From the NCBI GenBank assembly GCA_963719035.1, contig CAVRAO010000002.1, positions 160,001 through 224,000 of the forward strand: 64,000 bases of DNA, in the 5' to 3' direction. The notes beneath the pieces were generated by a model. It worked only from the letters and a program-made list of their open reading frames with translations. It did not search any database and was not told the DNA's origin. Shown one piece after another: positions 21,601-31,427 of the stretch. A program made the position numbers and the translations under genes. Positions within the stretch are counted from its first letter, which is position 1. Every line of letters begins with the position of its first letter. The stretch comes from Methanobacteriota archaeon (lineage in GTDB: Archaea; Halobacteriota; Bog-38; Methanoflorentales; Methanoflorentaceae).

Positions 21601-21702
21601 ACGCTTTCAACGTCTATTGAAGAAGGGGAAGTTGCAAACGCTCAGCTTAGCAAAGAGTGGGTGATCGACGGCCATAAAGTCGCAATTTCACTTGCAAGAT
21701 AG
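18613..21702 (+). CDS. ileS: Isoleucine-tRNA ligase
   Basis: GPPTANG, GWDCHGLP, WTTTPWT, SRERYWG, KMSKS. Confidence 0.98.
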   Translation: MSYSQQDSNFVAMEKNILKDWDDNNIIAKSLSANKGAELFRFIEGPPTANGSPGVHHVYARVVKDLFLRYKTMRGYYVPRISGWDCHGLPVEISVEKELEFQNKASIETYGVEQFNNVCRSSVFSHIDEWAEMTKRVGFLIDLTTPYTTMDPHYIESVWWSLKRLWERDLIYEGHNVVPFCPRCGTALSSHEVAQGYAIVNEEAAFVKFPLSDQSKTFFLAWTTTPWTLLSNVALAVNPDIPYVKVKVRDQFLVFAKDLLDTVLRDEQHFEVATECLGRELNGKRYQSLFTDGEFSVVIADFVSTSEGTGIVHIAPAFGEDDFNVAKVEGLPLVQLVKPDGRFEDHVDLVGGLFFIEANAVIREDLAARGLLFKSEMYEHSYPFCWRCETPLMYYARKAWFIRMSSLRDVLIRNNELVQWHPKALKHGRFGNFIENVRDWALSRERYWGTPLPIWKCPNGHLLFVGSINELNQRMDSEAFLSDVHKPYIDRVVFRCDECGKEMHRIPDVIDCWYDSGCAPFASLHYPFEHSDECKVPVDFIAEGVDQTRGWFYSLHAIASAVFGSNAYNNVISLGHIVDEHGRKMSKSKGNTVDPWQILNSEGADSLRWYLFSAGNPGTAKKFYKEAIVESQRKTISTLWNVLSFFTTYAEIDKFDAGWNLADEQRNLIDRWLLSRLNGLISNVVVHMDRYDYYGATIEIDLFIEELSNWFVRTSRRRFWKNERDADKVSAYISLFETLWTLSKLIAPFTPFISEHMFKTLSRFAQGAKDSVHLESYPNVTVNRVIPEAEQEMAYTMQIVEAGRAARSSANIKTRQPLKEMICIGPELKRNELKAIVKNELNLKAINFKKDEKDLIEYDVGLNFAKVGPKYKDLAPKIKQALSNLAPDEVLEKLDDSIELEVAKKTIILSKEDVTISKKTKPGLIKSENRGLSVFLNTELTVELRRELLVREIIRRIQVMRKELDLAYTARIKVGYRCSSEVSQAIQTFKSYVKDETLSTSIEEGEVANAQLSKEWVIDGHKVAISLAR

Positions 21703-21705
21703 CAT

Positions 21706-22353
21706 ATGGACCTGAGAAAGTGGGATATTATCTATCAACAGATAGTACGTGATTTTGGATTTGACACCGCTAAAGATGAACGTTCAGCTCTGATCTTATC
21801 CTCCTTGTTGACCTTAAAAGGATGTTTCGAGGAGACACAAAGCAAACTCCGCCATATCATCAGGGAACGCGAAGTTCTTGTTTGCGGCAAAGCGCCAACC
21901 TTAGTTGGAGATATTAAAAACGGCAAAATTGAGACGCGGGAGACGATCATTGCAGCAGATGGTGCTACCTCAGTGCTGTTGGCGCAAGGAGTCATCCCCC
22001 ATATAATTGTATCCGATCTAGACGGAAGCATCAACGATCTGAAGCGAGCAAATGCGATGTGTGCGATCATGGTTATTCACGCACACGGAGACAACATCGA
22101 CGCTATTAAAACACATGTCCCGTCACTAAGCGCCGTGCTTGGGACGACGCAGGCAAAACCACTGAACAACGTACTCAATATAGGTGGTTTCACAGATGGA
22201 GATAGGGCGGTTTTTTTGGCGAAAGAGTTTGGGGCCCGCACAGTTAGTGCGATCGGATTTGATTTTTCCGATAACAACGTCAGCCCCACAAAGAAGAAAA
22301 AGCTGCTGTGGGCAAAACGGTTGCTTGAGGGAGCTGATGTAAACTTTAAATGA
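21706..22353 (+). CDS. mptE: 6-hydroxymethyl-7,8-dihydropterin pyrophosphokinase
   Basis: AADGA, SDLDG, HAHGDN, GGFTDGDRA, KKKKL.WA. Confidence 0.9.
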   Translation: MDLRKWDIIYQQIVRDFGFDTAKDERSALILSSLLTLKGCFEETQSKLRHIIREREVLVCGKAPTLVGDIKNGKIETRETIIAADGATSVLLAQGVIPHIIVSDLDGSINDLKRANAMCAIMVIHAHGDNIDAIKTHVPSLSAVLGTTQAKPLNNVLNIGGFTDGDRAVFLAKEFGARTVSAIGFDFSDNNVSPTKKKKLLWAKRLLEGADVNFK

Positions 22354-23531
22354 GCTTGTCAATCGCTCTTGCTGGTAAGCCAAATACTGGCAAATCAACC
22401 TTTTTTAAAGCTGCAACACTTGTAAATGTTGAGATAGCAAACTATCCTTTTACGACTATAAGCGCTAATCGAGGAACGTCTTATGTGCGTGTGCCTTGCC
22501 CGTGCAGACAGCTCAACGCCCGGTGTGGTCACTGCGTGGATGGGGTGCGATTTGTCCCTATCGAGCTCGTTGATGTTGCGGGCTTGGTACCCGAGGCTCA
22601 CAAAGGGCGTGGACTCGGGAATACTTTCCTCGACAACCTCCGTCAGTCGGAGGCGATCATAAACGTGATTGACGCCTCAGGTGGTACTGACTTAGAGGGC
22701 AACGTTCTCGGCGCGCCCTCGCACGATCCGTTGGAGGACATCACATTACTCGAAAGTGAGATATCGTTGTGGATGACTGGCATCATCGAAAAGAATTGGC
22801 AAAGACTTGCAAAGAAAGCGCAGCTTGAGCACAACATCGCGAACGTGATCGCTATTCAGCTAGCAGGACTCAACATAGGGGCACGTCAAATCAAAAACGC
22901 AATGCAAAAGCTAGGACTTTTCGACACGCCACCAGAAAGCTGGGAGCGCGAGGATCTAATTAATTTATCACAACTAATTAGAAAGATCGCAAAACCCATT
23001 GTGATAGCAGCAAATAAAAAAGATGTCGCGTCGTCAGACAACCTTTCGCGTATTGCTGACGCATATGAAGATGTCGTGGCAACAAGTGGCGAAGCTGAAC
23101 TTGCACTTCGACTTGCTCAACAGAAGGGACTTATAGGTTACGTTCCAGGTGATACGCATTTCACGATAGTCACATCGCTTAATCAGCAACAAAAAACAGC
23201 GCTTGAGCGCTTACAAAAGTTTGTTAGTGGGGAGGGCACTGGGGTCCAAAAGTGTCTTAACACGACGGTGTTCGACGTGCTTAGGTACATCGTTGTGTAT
23301 CCAGTCGAAGACGAACACAAATGGTCAGATAAGCGAGGAAGAGTTTTACCAGACGCATTGTTAATAAAAGCAGGCGGGACTGCGAAAGACCTCGCGTTCA
23401 AAGTCCATTCTGATATCGGAAGCGGTTTTATATACGCTTTAGACGCACGCACGAAAAAGCGACTTGGTGAGCACCATGAATTAAAAAATGGCGATATAAT
23501 CAAGATAGTCTCGACTTCACGTGCCAAGTAG
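22350..23531 (+). CDS. ychF: YchF/Obg-family translation-associated GTPase/ATPase
   Basis: GKPNTGKST, NYPFTT, DVAGLV, ANK.D, TGS domain. Confidence 0.93.
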   Translation: MSLSIALAGKPNTGKSTFFKAATLVNVEIANYPFTTISANRGTSYVRVPCPCRQLNARCGHCVDGVRFVPIELVDVAGLVPEAHKGRGLGNTFLDNLRQSEAIINVIDASGGTDLEGNVLGAPSHDPLEDITLLESEISLWMTGIIEKNWQRLAKKAQLEHNIANVIAIQLAGLNIGARQIKNAMQKLGLFDTPPESWEREDLINLSQLIRKIAKPIVIAANKKDVASSDNLSRIADAYEDVVATSGEAELALRLAQQKGLIGYVPGDTHFTIVTSLNQQQKTALERLQKFVSGEGTGVQKCLNTTVFDVLRYIVVYPVEDEHKWSDKRGRVLPDALLIKAGGTAKDLAFKVHSDIGSGFIYALDARTKKRLGEHHELKNGDIIKIVSTSRAK

Positions 23532-23564
23532 GAAAGATATATGTTCTATAATCTTCTTTTGTAA

Positions 23565-23642
23565 ATAGCTTCCAATCGGAGCACGATTTGGATCCTAAGG
23601 GATGTGGCATGAAATGCTGAACCGATCACTAGAGGATGAAAA
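23565..23642 (+). ncRNA. Candidate eL15 ribosomal-protein leader RNA
   Basis: ATCGG(23575)/CCGAT(23622) stem enclosing ATCC-taag-GGAT and GCAT-gaa-ATGC hairpins, directly 5' of rpl15e. Confidence 0.5.
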
Positions 23643-24224
23643 ATGAAATCGATGTATGGATTCATACGGGATGCATGGAAAAGGCCCGAACGCAGTTACG
23701 TTAAAAGCCTCATGTGGCAGCGACTGCAAACGTGGCGGCGCGAACCGTCAGTTGTTCGCATCGAACGGCCAACGCGACTTGATCGAGCAAGAAATCTAGG
23801 ATATAAAGCGAAACAAGGTGTCATTACCGCTCGAGTTAGAACATGGCGCGGGGGTAGAAGGAAACAGCGCCCACGTGGAGGCCGCCGAACAAAGCATCTC
23901 GGAGTGAATAGGCTGACCGCCCGAAAAAGCTCACAGCGCATTGCAGAGGAACGTGCTTCGCGTAAATTCCCAAACTTAGAGGTGTTAAACTCTTACTGGG
24001 TAGGACAAGACGGTAAATCGAAGTGGTATGAAATCATACTTGTTGATCCAAACCACCCCCGTATCCTTAGCGACCGAAGTTTTAACTGGATGGCGTCTTC
24101 ACCGAGGCGTGCTTTGCGAGGCAAAACTAGTGCAGGTCAAAAAGGCCGCGGTCTAAGGAAAAAAGGTCGAGGCGCCGAAAAAACGGGGCCCTCTCTTAGC
24201 GCTCACGGACGAAGGGGAACGTAA
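23643..24224 (+). CDS. rpl15e: 50S ribosomal protein eL15
   Basis: [27 protein letters not shown]. Confidence 0.98.
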   Translation: MKSMYGFIRDAWKRPERSYVKSLMWQRLQTWRREPSVVRIERPTRLDRARNLGYKAKQGVITARVRTWRGGRRKQRPRGGRRTKHLGVNRLTARKSSQRIAEERASRKFPNLEVLNSYWVGQDGKSKWYEIILVDPNHPRILSDRSFNWMASSPRRALRGKTSAGQKGRGLRKKGRGAEKTGPSLSAHGRRGT

Positions 24225-24260
24225 GCCCTTTCCTACACGTTGATCTGCTTCTTATCGTGA

Positions 24261-24731
24261 ATGGCAACGACTCACCGCGTCCGGCGAAAAAAAACAATAC
24301 ACAGCATAGCCGTTAACGTTTTTGTCCATGCCACTGAGGATGAGAGCAAGGTTCTTGCAGGGCTCCGCTTGATCGTGCCAGAAAATGTACGAATCGACCG
24401 CCAACCAGTCACAGGTCACTTCGGAAACGCTATAGTTATTCTTACGGCCCGAACAGAACAAGCTCAAGCGATACGCCTAATTATTGACGCGATTAGGAAT
24501 AAGCTTCCCAAACGTGACTTAATACGGTTGCAGGGGCAAATTCCTCAACTTCTCAGCGAAAGATGCACACTCGTTATGAAATTCGACAAACAGGCAGCTG
24601 TAAGTAGGGTCCTAGAGCTAGGGAAAGATGACCCAATAGTTGTTCGAGCAAAGATAGCGGCATACCCAGCTTGTCTAGGAACAGCAGCCGAGATTGCGCG
24701 CGATGTCTTGAACAATGCATGCATATGTTGA
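24261..24731 (+). CDS. DUF54 RNA-binding protein
   Basis: HATEDE.KV, GHFGN.I, FDKQAA, YPA. Confidence 0.88.
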   Translation: MATTHRVRRKKTIHSIAVNVFVHATEDESKVLAGLRLIVPENVRIDRQPVTGHFGNAIVILTARTEQAQAIRLIIDAIRNKLPKRDLIRLQGQIPQLLSERCTLVMKFDKQAAVSRVLELGKDDPIVVRAKIAAYPACLGTAAEIARDVLNNACIC

Positions 24732-25371
24732 TATAGGCGTTCACGCCTTTCCCGAAGGGGCAGATACGCCAAAAAGGCTCAACCTCGCAGCTTACCGTCT
24801 CGGCTTTTCTCAAATCGTATTAACAGCCCATTCGCCGTATTGGTCGCAGTTTCCAGATTCGAGTTTACCCTCGGGAGTGGAAATTGTCGCGACTACAGTT
24901 CGCGATTTACGTAAGAAAATTGCTTTTTTTAGAGATATATCGACAATCTTAAGCGTGCACGGCGGAGATGAGCAGATTAACAGGGCAGCGTGCAAGGACG
25001 ATCGAGTCGATGTTCTTATGCACCCCGAAAGAGGGAAATACAGCGGCATAAACCAAGTAACGGCAAAACTCGCCGAGAAAAACGAGGTCGCGCTAGGGTT
25101 GAACTTGGATTATTTTTGGAAAACAGAAGAACTGCAGAGATCTCGCTTGCTTGCGTTCCAGCGCAGAAACGTCTCTTTGTGCCAGAAGTTTGGAGTGCAG
25201 GTCATTATTACAAGCGATGCGTATTCACACTTGGATTTGCGAGCTCCGCGTCAACTTAAAGCACTTGCAGGGCTTTTGCTTTTAAGTGATTGGGAAGCAG
25301 ACATCGCTTTGTCTATAGCACCACTAAGCATTATAAAACGCAGAGGGCAGAAAAAAGAGGCGAACTTATGA
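24715..25371 (+). CDS. rnp3: RNase P protein Rpp30
   Basis: VHGGD..NRAAC....VDVL.HP, SDA.S.LDLRAPR. Confidence 0.92.
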   Translation: MHAYVDIGVHAFPEGADTPKRLNLAAYRLGFSQIVLTAHSPYWSQFPDSSLPSGVEIVATTVRDLRKKIAFFRDISTILSVHGGDEQINRAACKDDRVDVLMHPERGKYSGINQVTAKLAEKNEVALGLNLDYFWKTEELQRSRLLAFQRRNVSLCQKFGVQVIITSDAYSHLDLRAPRQLKALAGLLLLSDWEADIALSIAPLSIIKRRGQKKEANL

Positions 25372-25871
25372 AGCCACTTTCACCTACTTTGCGAGATAAC
25401 TATCGCTACATTGCCTTCAGGCTGAGCTTTGAAGAACCGATAAGCGCTAGGGATCTGCAAACAGAGATAGCAAGAACCGCAAAAAGCCTTTTTGGAGATG
25501 TTGGCGTGAGCAAGCTGAACGTCAGAGTCGTCGCGTTTGACGGAACACAAGGACTTGTACGATGTAACATCCGACACGTTCCAGAATTACAAGCGGTATT
25601 AGCAAGCATAGGCAAAATCAAGAGCAATCGGGTATGCGTGACGACTATAGGCACTTCAGGAACGATAAAGGCTGCTATAGAAAAGTATTTACAAATTGAA
25701 GAGAAAACACGTCGTAATATATCTTCTTATGTGACAGTGCCTGTATCCGGGAAAGCAGTAAGGATATGCGGCGAGGAAATTGACATAGTTCCAGAAGATA
25801 GGAAAACTGTTGATCGCGCTGATGTCCAATTTATAGGCATAACGATCGACGATAACGAGAGGTTGATATAA
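25368..25871 (+). CDS. rnp2: RNase P protein Pop5
   Basis: MKPLSPTLR..RYIAF, LFGD.G, GTSGTIK; ATGA overlap with rnp3. Confidence 0.92.
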   Translation: MKPLSPTLRDNYRYIAFRLSFEEPISARDLQTEIARTAKSLFGDVGVSKLNVRVVAFDGTQGLVRCNIRHVPELQAVLASIGKIKSNRVCVTTIGTSGTIKAAIEKYLQIEEKTRRNISSYVTVPVSGKAVRICGEEIDIVPEDRKTVDRADVQFIGITIDDNERLI

Positions 25872-26608
25872 TGCAGATGGCACCACAAATGGGGTACGAT
25901 AGAGCGATCACCGTTTTTTCCCCAGACGGTAGGCTATTTCAAGTAGAATATGCGCGCGAAGCTGTGAAACGGGGTACCACGTCTGTTGGAATAAAAGCAA
26001 AGGATGGCGTGGCCCTGCTCGTGGATAAACGTATCTCAAGTAGGCTCCTTGAGCCCCAATCCACCGAGAAGATCTTCCAGGTAGATGATCATATTGGCGC
26101 CGTGACGTCTGGCCTCGTGGCTGATGCTCGCGCATTGGTCGACCGTGCTCGAGTCGATGCGCAGATAAATCGTGTCGTGTATAATGAACCTATTGGCATT
26201 GAAACACTTGCGAAAAAAATTGCTGACCACAAACAAACATTCACACAGTACGGCGGTGTCAGACCCTATGGAACCGCATTACTTATAGGTGGTATCGATG
26301 ATTCGGGCCCGCGTCTTTTTGAAACAGACCCGAGCGGTGCCCTTTTGATGGTCAAGGCCACTGGAATCGGCTCAGGAAGAAACGCGGTTATGGAGTTTCT
26401 CGAAGAGAAGTACAACGAAGACGTTGATATTGATAACGCCATAAGACTCGGGCTTGAAGCGCTCTACAAGGCAACTGAAGGTAAACTCACAGTCGACACC
26501 ATCGAAATCGCTGCAATAAACGCGAAAGATAACCGTTTCCAGAAGCTAGGGACGGATGAGCTCGAAGCGTACGTAAAGAGCGTACTTGATTCGATGCCAA
26601 AAGAGTGA
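25871..26608 (+). CDS. psmA: Proteasome subunit alpha
   Basis: YDRAITVFSPDGRLFQVEYA. Confidence 0.98.
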   Translation: MQMAPQMGYDRAITVFSPDGRLFQVEYAREAVKRGTTSVGIKAKDGVALLVDKRISSRLLEPQSTEKIFQVDDHIGAVTSGLVADARALVDRARVDAQINRVVYNEPIGIETLAKKIADHKQTFTQYGGVRPYGTALLIGGIDDSGPRLFETDPSGALLMVKATGIGSGRNAVMEFLEEKYNEDVDIDNAIRLGLEALYKATEGKLTVDTIEIAAINAKDNRFQKLGTDELEAYVKSVLDSMPKE

Positions 26609-26663
26609 TGATCTCAGGTTTTTGATGCCTTTTTGAGCGAACGGCACTGAGAGGAGTACGCAG

Positions 26664-27374
26664 ATGGTATCTCTCGATAAAGCAGTTGTCGCTCGATTTG
26701 CGAGAGGAGGGGAACACTTTGAAGTGCTTGTTGACCCCGAAAATGCGTTATCAATGCGAGAAGGTCGTGATATTGACATGGATGCTGTTCTAGCGATTGA
26801 AGAGATTTTTAAGGACGCATCTAAAGGTGAAAAAGCGTCTGATGACGGCCTCAAAAACGTGTTTGGCACGACAGAGCCCTCAGCAATTGCCAAACGCATA
26901 ATTATTGAAGGAGAGCTGCATCTTACCGCACAACAGAGGCACAAGATCCAAGAGCACAAACGGAAGGAGCTAATAGCCACTATCGCTGCGAATGCGATAA
27001 ATCCCCAAACGGGCCTGCCTCATCCACCACAGCGAATAGAAAAGGCCATTGAAGAAGCAAAAGTGAACGTAGACCCATTTAAAAGCGTCGACGAACTAGT
27101 AAATATTGCGTTAAAAGCAATCCGGCCACTCATACCTATAAGGTTTGAGGAGGTAGATGTCGCTGTCAAGATACCCGCCAACTATGCTGCAAAATCACAA
27201 GGGGCTATTCAACGATTTGGCAAAGTCATTAGACAGGAGTGGCAGCAGGACGGTGCGTGGATCGGTGTGGTCCGGTTTCCTGCAGGACTCCAAAACGATT
27301 TCTATGAGCTTGTGAATCGATTATCTAGAGGAGAAGCCGAAACGCGAATCATTACCCGGCAAGGACAAAAATGA
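26664..27374 (+). CDS. Ribosome maturation protein SBDS
   Basis: FEVLVDP, LTAQQR, NPQT..PHPP.RIE. Confidence 0.96.
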   Translation: MVSLDKAVVARFARGGEHFEVLVDPENALSMREGRDIDMDAVLAIEEIFKDASKGEKASDDGLKNVFGTTEPSAIAKRIIIEGELHLTAQQRHKIQEHKRKELIATIAANAINPQTGLPHPPQRIEKAIEEAKVNVDPFKSVDELVNIALKAIRPLIPIRFEEVDVAVKIPANYAAKSQGAIQRFGKVIRQEWQQDGAWIGVVRFPAGLQNDFYELVNRLSRGEAETRIITRQGQK

Positions 27375-28063
27375 GGAAAAAAGAAAAAGTCGACAAGACG
27401 ATCGTCGTTCCAGGAGACCTACTTTCTGATGATGCCGACAAAGCTGCGGAAGGAACCTACACCGAAAATGGGAAAGTTTATTCATTGATATTCGGGCTAG
27501 CAGATGATAGGGAGAAAATACGCGTAATCCCTCTTTCTGGAAAATACCTACCAACGGTTGGGGACATAGTTATTGGGATGGTATCAGACATCAGCTTTTC
27601 AAATTGGAAAGTAAACATCAACTCACCCTACGAGGCACTTATGCATATCTCAGAATACCCGCGCCGTATTGAATCAAGCGAGATGGCGAAGATTATGCGT
27701 GTGGGTGACCTTGCGATCTTTAAGGTGGTAGATGTAGATCAGTCAATGAAAATAGAGCTTGCGCCTCGAGAAGGCCAATTGCGCGTATTGCGAAGCGGCA
27801 GGGTGGTCGAGGTATCATATACAAAAGTCCCGCGGGTTATTGGACGAGCAGGATCAATGGTAAGCTTACTCAAGGATAAACTCGACGTCAATATTTTTGT
27901 TGGAAAAAATGGCCGGATTTGGATCAATGGAAAAGCAGAAGACGAAGAGCTAGCTATAAAAGCGATTAAACGGATTGAGCAAGAGGCCCATACGTCCGGA
28001 CTTACAGATAGGATAACTAAATTTCTAGAGGAAGAAAAGCATGGAATTTATGAAGAACGGTAA
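27371..28063 (+). CDS. rrp4: Exosome RNA-binding subunit Rrp4
   Basis: VVPGD, S1 plus KH domains ([18 protein letters not shown]). Confidence 0.96.
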   Translation: MRKKEKVDKTIVVPGDLLSDDADKAAEGTYTENGKVYSLIFGLADDREKIRVIPLSGKYLPTVGDIVIGMVSDISFSNWKVNINSPYEALMHISEYPRRIESSEMAKIMRVGDLAIFKVVDVDQSMKIELAPREGQLRVLRSGRVVEVSYTKVPRVIGRAGSMVSLLKDKLDVNIFVGKNGRIWINGKAEDEELAIKAIKRIEQEAHTSGLTDRITKFLEEEKHGIYEER

Positions 28064-28751
28064 GAGAATAGACGATCGTCTTCCTAACGAGTTGCGTCCA
28101 GTCAAATTTGAAGTCGGCGTGCTCGAACGGGCTGATGGTTCATGTTACGTCGAACACGGTGGGAATAAGGTGATTGCCGCCGTTTACGGGCCGAGGGCAG
28201 TGCACCCAAGGCACTTGCAGGAAGCGAATCGCGCAATAATCAGGTACCGCTATAACATGGCATCTTTTTCGGTGGAAGAGCGAAAAAGACCAGGTCCAGA
28301 CCGAAGGAGTGTAGAAATCTCAAAAGTGAGCAGAGAAGCGATAGATCCAGTCATAATCAAAGAGTTCTATCCAAGGTCTACAATTGACATCTTCGTAGAG
28401 ATTCTACAGGCGGATGCTGGCACACGATCAGCTGGGATAAACGCGGCATCCGTCGCGTTAGCCGATGCAGGAGTACCGATGCGTGGTCTTATATCCTCGT
28501 GCGCTGTGGGCAAAGTAGATGACACTGTTGTTCTAGATCTCGTTAAGGAGGAGGACAATTACGGTCAAGCAGACATGCCAATCGCTATGGACGTGCGGAC
28601 AGGAGAAGTCACGCTTCTCCAAATGGATGGTCATCTAACATTGGAAGAATTTGAACAAGCGTTAGAACTAGCGAAAACCGGGTGTGCGCGCATAGCCGAA
28701 ATGCAAAGAGAGGCCCTAATTCAAAAATACCGAGGAGAAGAAAATGAATGA
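28041..28751 (+). CDS. rrp41: Exosome exonuclease Rrp41
   Basis: ADGS, YGPR, DRRS.EIS, QADAGTR. Confidence 0.97.
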   Translation: MEFMKNGKRIDDRLPNELRPVKFEVGVLERADGSCYVEHGGNKVIAAVYGPRAVHPRHLQEANRAIIRYRYNMASFSVEERKRPGPDRRSVEISKVSREAIDPVIIKEFYPRSTIDIFVEILQADAGTRSAGINAASVALADAGVPMRGLISSCAVGKVDDTVVLDLVKEEDNYGQADMPIAMDVRTGEVTLLQMDGHLTLEEFEQALELAKTGCARIAEMQREALIQKYRGEENE

Positions 28752-29529
28752 CGTTATTGCCGAGATAAGAAAAGATTACATTTACGGGCTTGCTAAAAGA
28801 AGTGAACGAGCAGACGGGCGCGCGTTCGATGAATATCGTCCAATTCAGGTCGAGGTTGGATTCATAGACAAAGCTGAAGGATCGGCAAGAGTTAGGATAG
28901 GAAACACGCAGGTGCTCGTCGGCGTCAAGCTGCAACCTGGTGAGCCTTTTGCCGACTCGCCTGAGACTGGCGTTATAATTACCAACGTTGAGCTCGTGCC
29001 GCTAGCTTCTCCGTCCTTTGAACCTGGTCCGCCTAATGAAAAGGCGATAGAGCTTGCGCGCGTGGTAGATCGCGGCGTTCGTGAATCGGGCGCTATTGAC
29101 TTATCTCAATTGACCTTGCCAGACGGTAAAGTATGGCTCATTTTTATTGACGTGCACGTCTTAGACTACGATGGAAACCTTATAGATGCCTCGGCATTAG
29201 GGGCACTTGCAGCGCTTATAAATGCAAAAATGCCGTCTGAGCGATACGGCTACGGGCCCGATGCAGCGCTTCCAATCAAAGAATATCCGATTGCCGTGAC
29301 CGCCGTTGACCTTGACGGTGAGATTATGCTAGATCCATCTTTGGATGAAGAAACCATCGCATCTTCTCGACTAACAGTCATATCCGGCCTACAGGGAACT
29401 TTAGCAGGAATGCAAAAAAGCGGAACAGGCACACTTTCGGTAGATGAGATAGTTCGTGTCGTAAAGTTAGCAAGCAGTAAAGCGATGCAGATCAGAGATG
29501 ATCTTTTTGGTGGTTCTACGAATGGCTAA
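28744..29529 (+). CDS. rrp42: Exosome subunit Rrp42
   Basis: [31 protein letters not shown]. Confidence 0.97.
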   Translation: MNDVIAEIRKDYIYGLAKRSERADGRAFDEYRPIQVEVGFIDKAEGSARVRIGNTQVLVGVKLQPGEPFADSPETGVIITNVELVPLASPSFEPGPPNEKAIELARVVDRGVRESGAIDLSQLTLPDGKVWLIFIDVHVLDYDGNLIDASALGALAALINAKMPSERYGYGPDAALPIKEYPIAVTAVDLDGEIMLDPSLDEETIASSRLTVISGLQGTLAGMQKSGTGTLSVDEIVRVVKLASSKAMQIRDDLFGGSTNG

Positions 29530-29836
29530 AAAGAGCGCTCACAAGAAGGGAAGGAAGACTCGTTCTGCAGGCCGCTTCGGCCCGAGATATGGTCGTAAGA
29601 TCCGCAAGCGAATTGCCGATGTGGAATCGGTGATGAACCAAGCGCATAAGTGTCCAGCGTGTGGGCGGAAGGCGGTTTCCCGAAAAGGAACGGGTATATG
29701 GACGTGCGCTAAATGCGACGCAACGTTTGCAGGCGGCGCTTATGTACCTGAGACCGCTGTTGGAAAAACAGTCGCCCGCTCTATTCGCCGTGCGAGCGAG
29801 GAACAAGAACAGCTTTTAACGAGATCCGTGAGGTGA
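29522..29836 (+). CDS. rpl37ae: 50S ribosomal protein eL43 (L37Ae)
   Basis: [22 protein letters not shown]. Confidence 0.97.
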   Translation: MAKKSAHKKGRKTRSAGRFGPRYGRKIRKRIADVESVMNQAHKCPACGRKAVSRKGTGIWTCAKCDATFAGGAYVPETAVGKTVARSIRRASEEQEQLLTRSVR

Positions 29837-29840
29837 TTTC

Positions 29841-29978
29841 ACGGTTTATAAATGTATACGCTGTAAGCGCGAGGTCGAAGTAGAATCTGAATACGGCGGT
29901 ATCAGGTGTCCCTACTGCGGTCATCGCATATTGATAAAAGAGCGGCCCACGATCATAAAAAAGGTGAAGGTGCTGTAG
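29841..29978 (+). CDS. rpoP: RNA polymerase subunit Rpo12/P (ACG start; not in the ORF track)
   Basis: (M)[44 protein letters not shown]; canonical position after eL43. Confidence 0.93.
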   Translation, partial: TVYKCIRCKREVEVESEYGGIRCPYCGHRILIKERPTIIKKVKVL

Positions 29979-30082
29979 AAAAACGCCCTTACAAGGCTCG
30001 CAATAGATCTTCGTAAAACAGGAAACGAGCAGTACTGTGAATAACATACAGAATCACAAAACAGTGAGTTCAACTGTACCTC

Positions 30083-30322
30083 ATGGAAGCAAACAGTATT
30101 GATTATCTGTACCGATCAATCACGCCTGAGCTAAAGACTATTGGTATAGCCGGAGGACGGGCGTCGGTAAGAGTCCACAAAACCACTAAGAGGCTAGTTA
30201 TCAACATTAAAGCCTCTGACATCACTTCGTGCCGAGCTGCAACTAATTCTTGGCTGAGGCTAGCGCTCATTGCTACTGATGTGGACGAACTTGTTGCCGA
30301 TACGTTAGAACAGAGCCCATAA
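30083..30322 (+). CDS. pcc1: KEOPS complex subunit Pcc1
   Basis: SI.PE, RA.V, I.ASD..RAA.NSWLRL; synteny; N-terminus may be short. Confidence 0.85.
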   Translation: MEANSIDYLYRSITPELKTIGIAGGRASVRVHKTTKRLVINIKASDITSCRAATNSWLRLALIATDVDELVADTLEQSP

Positions 30323-30372
30323 CTATTCCTTTAAATTGGATTACTGAATGATATACTTAGGAGAAAGCTTAA

Positions 30373-30738
30373 ATGAGTGCCGAATTACCACCGCAAATAC
30401 AAAATCAAGTTGCACAATTGCAGCAACTTCAACAGCAAGCACAAGCGCTTGCCGTTCAACGAAGTCAACTCGAGCTCTCGTTAAACGAGGCTAACCAAAC
30501 TCTAGCAGAGCTTGACAAGCTTGACGAAAAAGCGGTAATCTTCAAGACCGTTGGAACGATCCTCGTTCGCTCGAACAAGGACCAAGTTAAAGAGGAACTC
30601 GCCGAAAAAAAAGAAACGTTTGACGTGCGTTTGAAAAGCCTCCAAAGGCAGGAAGAGCGCGTCCAAACGCGTTTCCAACAGCTACAACAGCAGCTACAAA
30701 AAGCACTCGGCGGTGGAACGGTACCACAAGGCTCGTAA
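30373..30738 (+). CDS. pfdB: Prefoldin beta subunit
   Basis: LPPQ.Q...AQLQQLQQQ, FK.VG.IL coiled coils. Confidence 0.96.
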   Translation: MSAELPPQIQNQVAQLQQLQQQAQALAVQRSQLELSLNEANQTLAELDKLDEKAVIFKTVGTILVRSNKDQVKEELAEKKETFDVRLKSLQRQEERVQTRFQQLQQQLQKALGGGTVPQGS

Positions 30739-30769
30739 TGCAGCAATTTGTCTTAAAGGAGAAGCTATC

Positions 30770-31327
30770 TCACGTTGGCTTTGAATAGACTTCCTCTTCT
30801 TCTTTTTGTACAAATTTTTCCGGTCTAGCAACTCCAGCGTCACTCGATTCGCTTAATATCACGACGACGTCAGCGAGATTCTTTAGTGCAGTCGAGAAGC
30901 CAGGCTCTGCCCCGAAAATTATAGTCTCTTTACCGTGCTCCATCGCTTTCGACAGGACCGGCTTAAAATCAGCATCACGAGTGACTATCGCGATAATATC
31001 GATATTAGGGTTAAATATAAGCTCAGTAGCTTCAACTGCAAGTCGAACATCTACGTCGCTTGAGCTGACTACTGGTTCCAATCCTTGGTTCTCGATTGCT
31101 TCTACAAGTTTCTCAGACGCATACTGATTAAGGTAGACTCTACCTACTTTGATGTCGCCAAATTCCTTCAAGGTGTTTCGTATTTCCTCAAGGTCAATCT
31201 GAAATTCCTTGCGCAGCATATTAGGCCCATCAACCAGCAGTCCAATACCCTTATGGGCTTTTTCCCTCCTGCTGATTATCGTCCGAATCTTGTATATATC
31301 TTTTATATGTGGAATATGTCGGGGCAT
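30770..31327 (-). CDS. NYN domain protein (TIGR00288-like)
   Basis: LVDGPNMLRKE, DVDV.LA, TRDADF.P, GFS.AL. Confidence 0.92.
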   Translation of the reverse strand: MPRHIPHIKDIYKIRTIISRREKAHKGIGLLVDGPNMLRKEFQIDLEEIRNTLKEFGDIKVGRVYLNQYASEKLVEAIENQGLEPVVSSSDVDVRLAVEATELIFNPNIDIIAIVTRDADFKPVLSKAMEHGKETIIFGAEPGFSTALKNLADVVVILSESSDAGVARPEKFVQKEEEEVYSKPT

Positions 31328-31427
31328 AAGGACAAAAACTCCTGCTATTGCAAAAATGGTAACATATAAAATGAATTTACAGCGGCGTATTATATATCTT
31401 TTTCTTTATGCGTTCAAAATGACCGTT

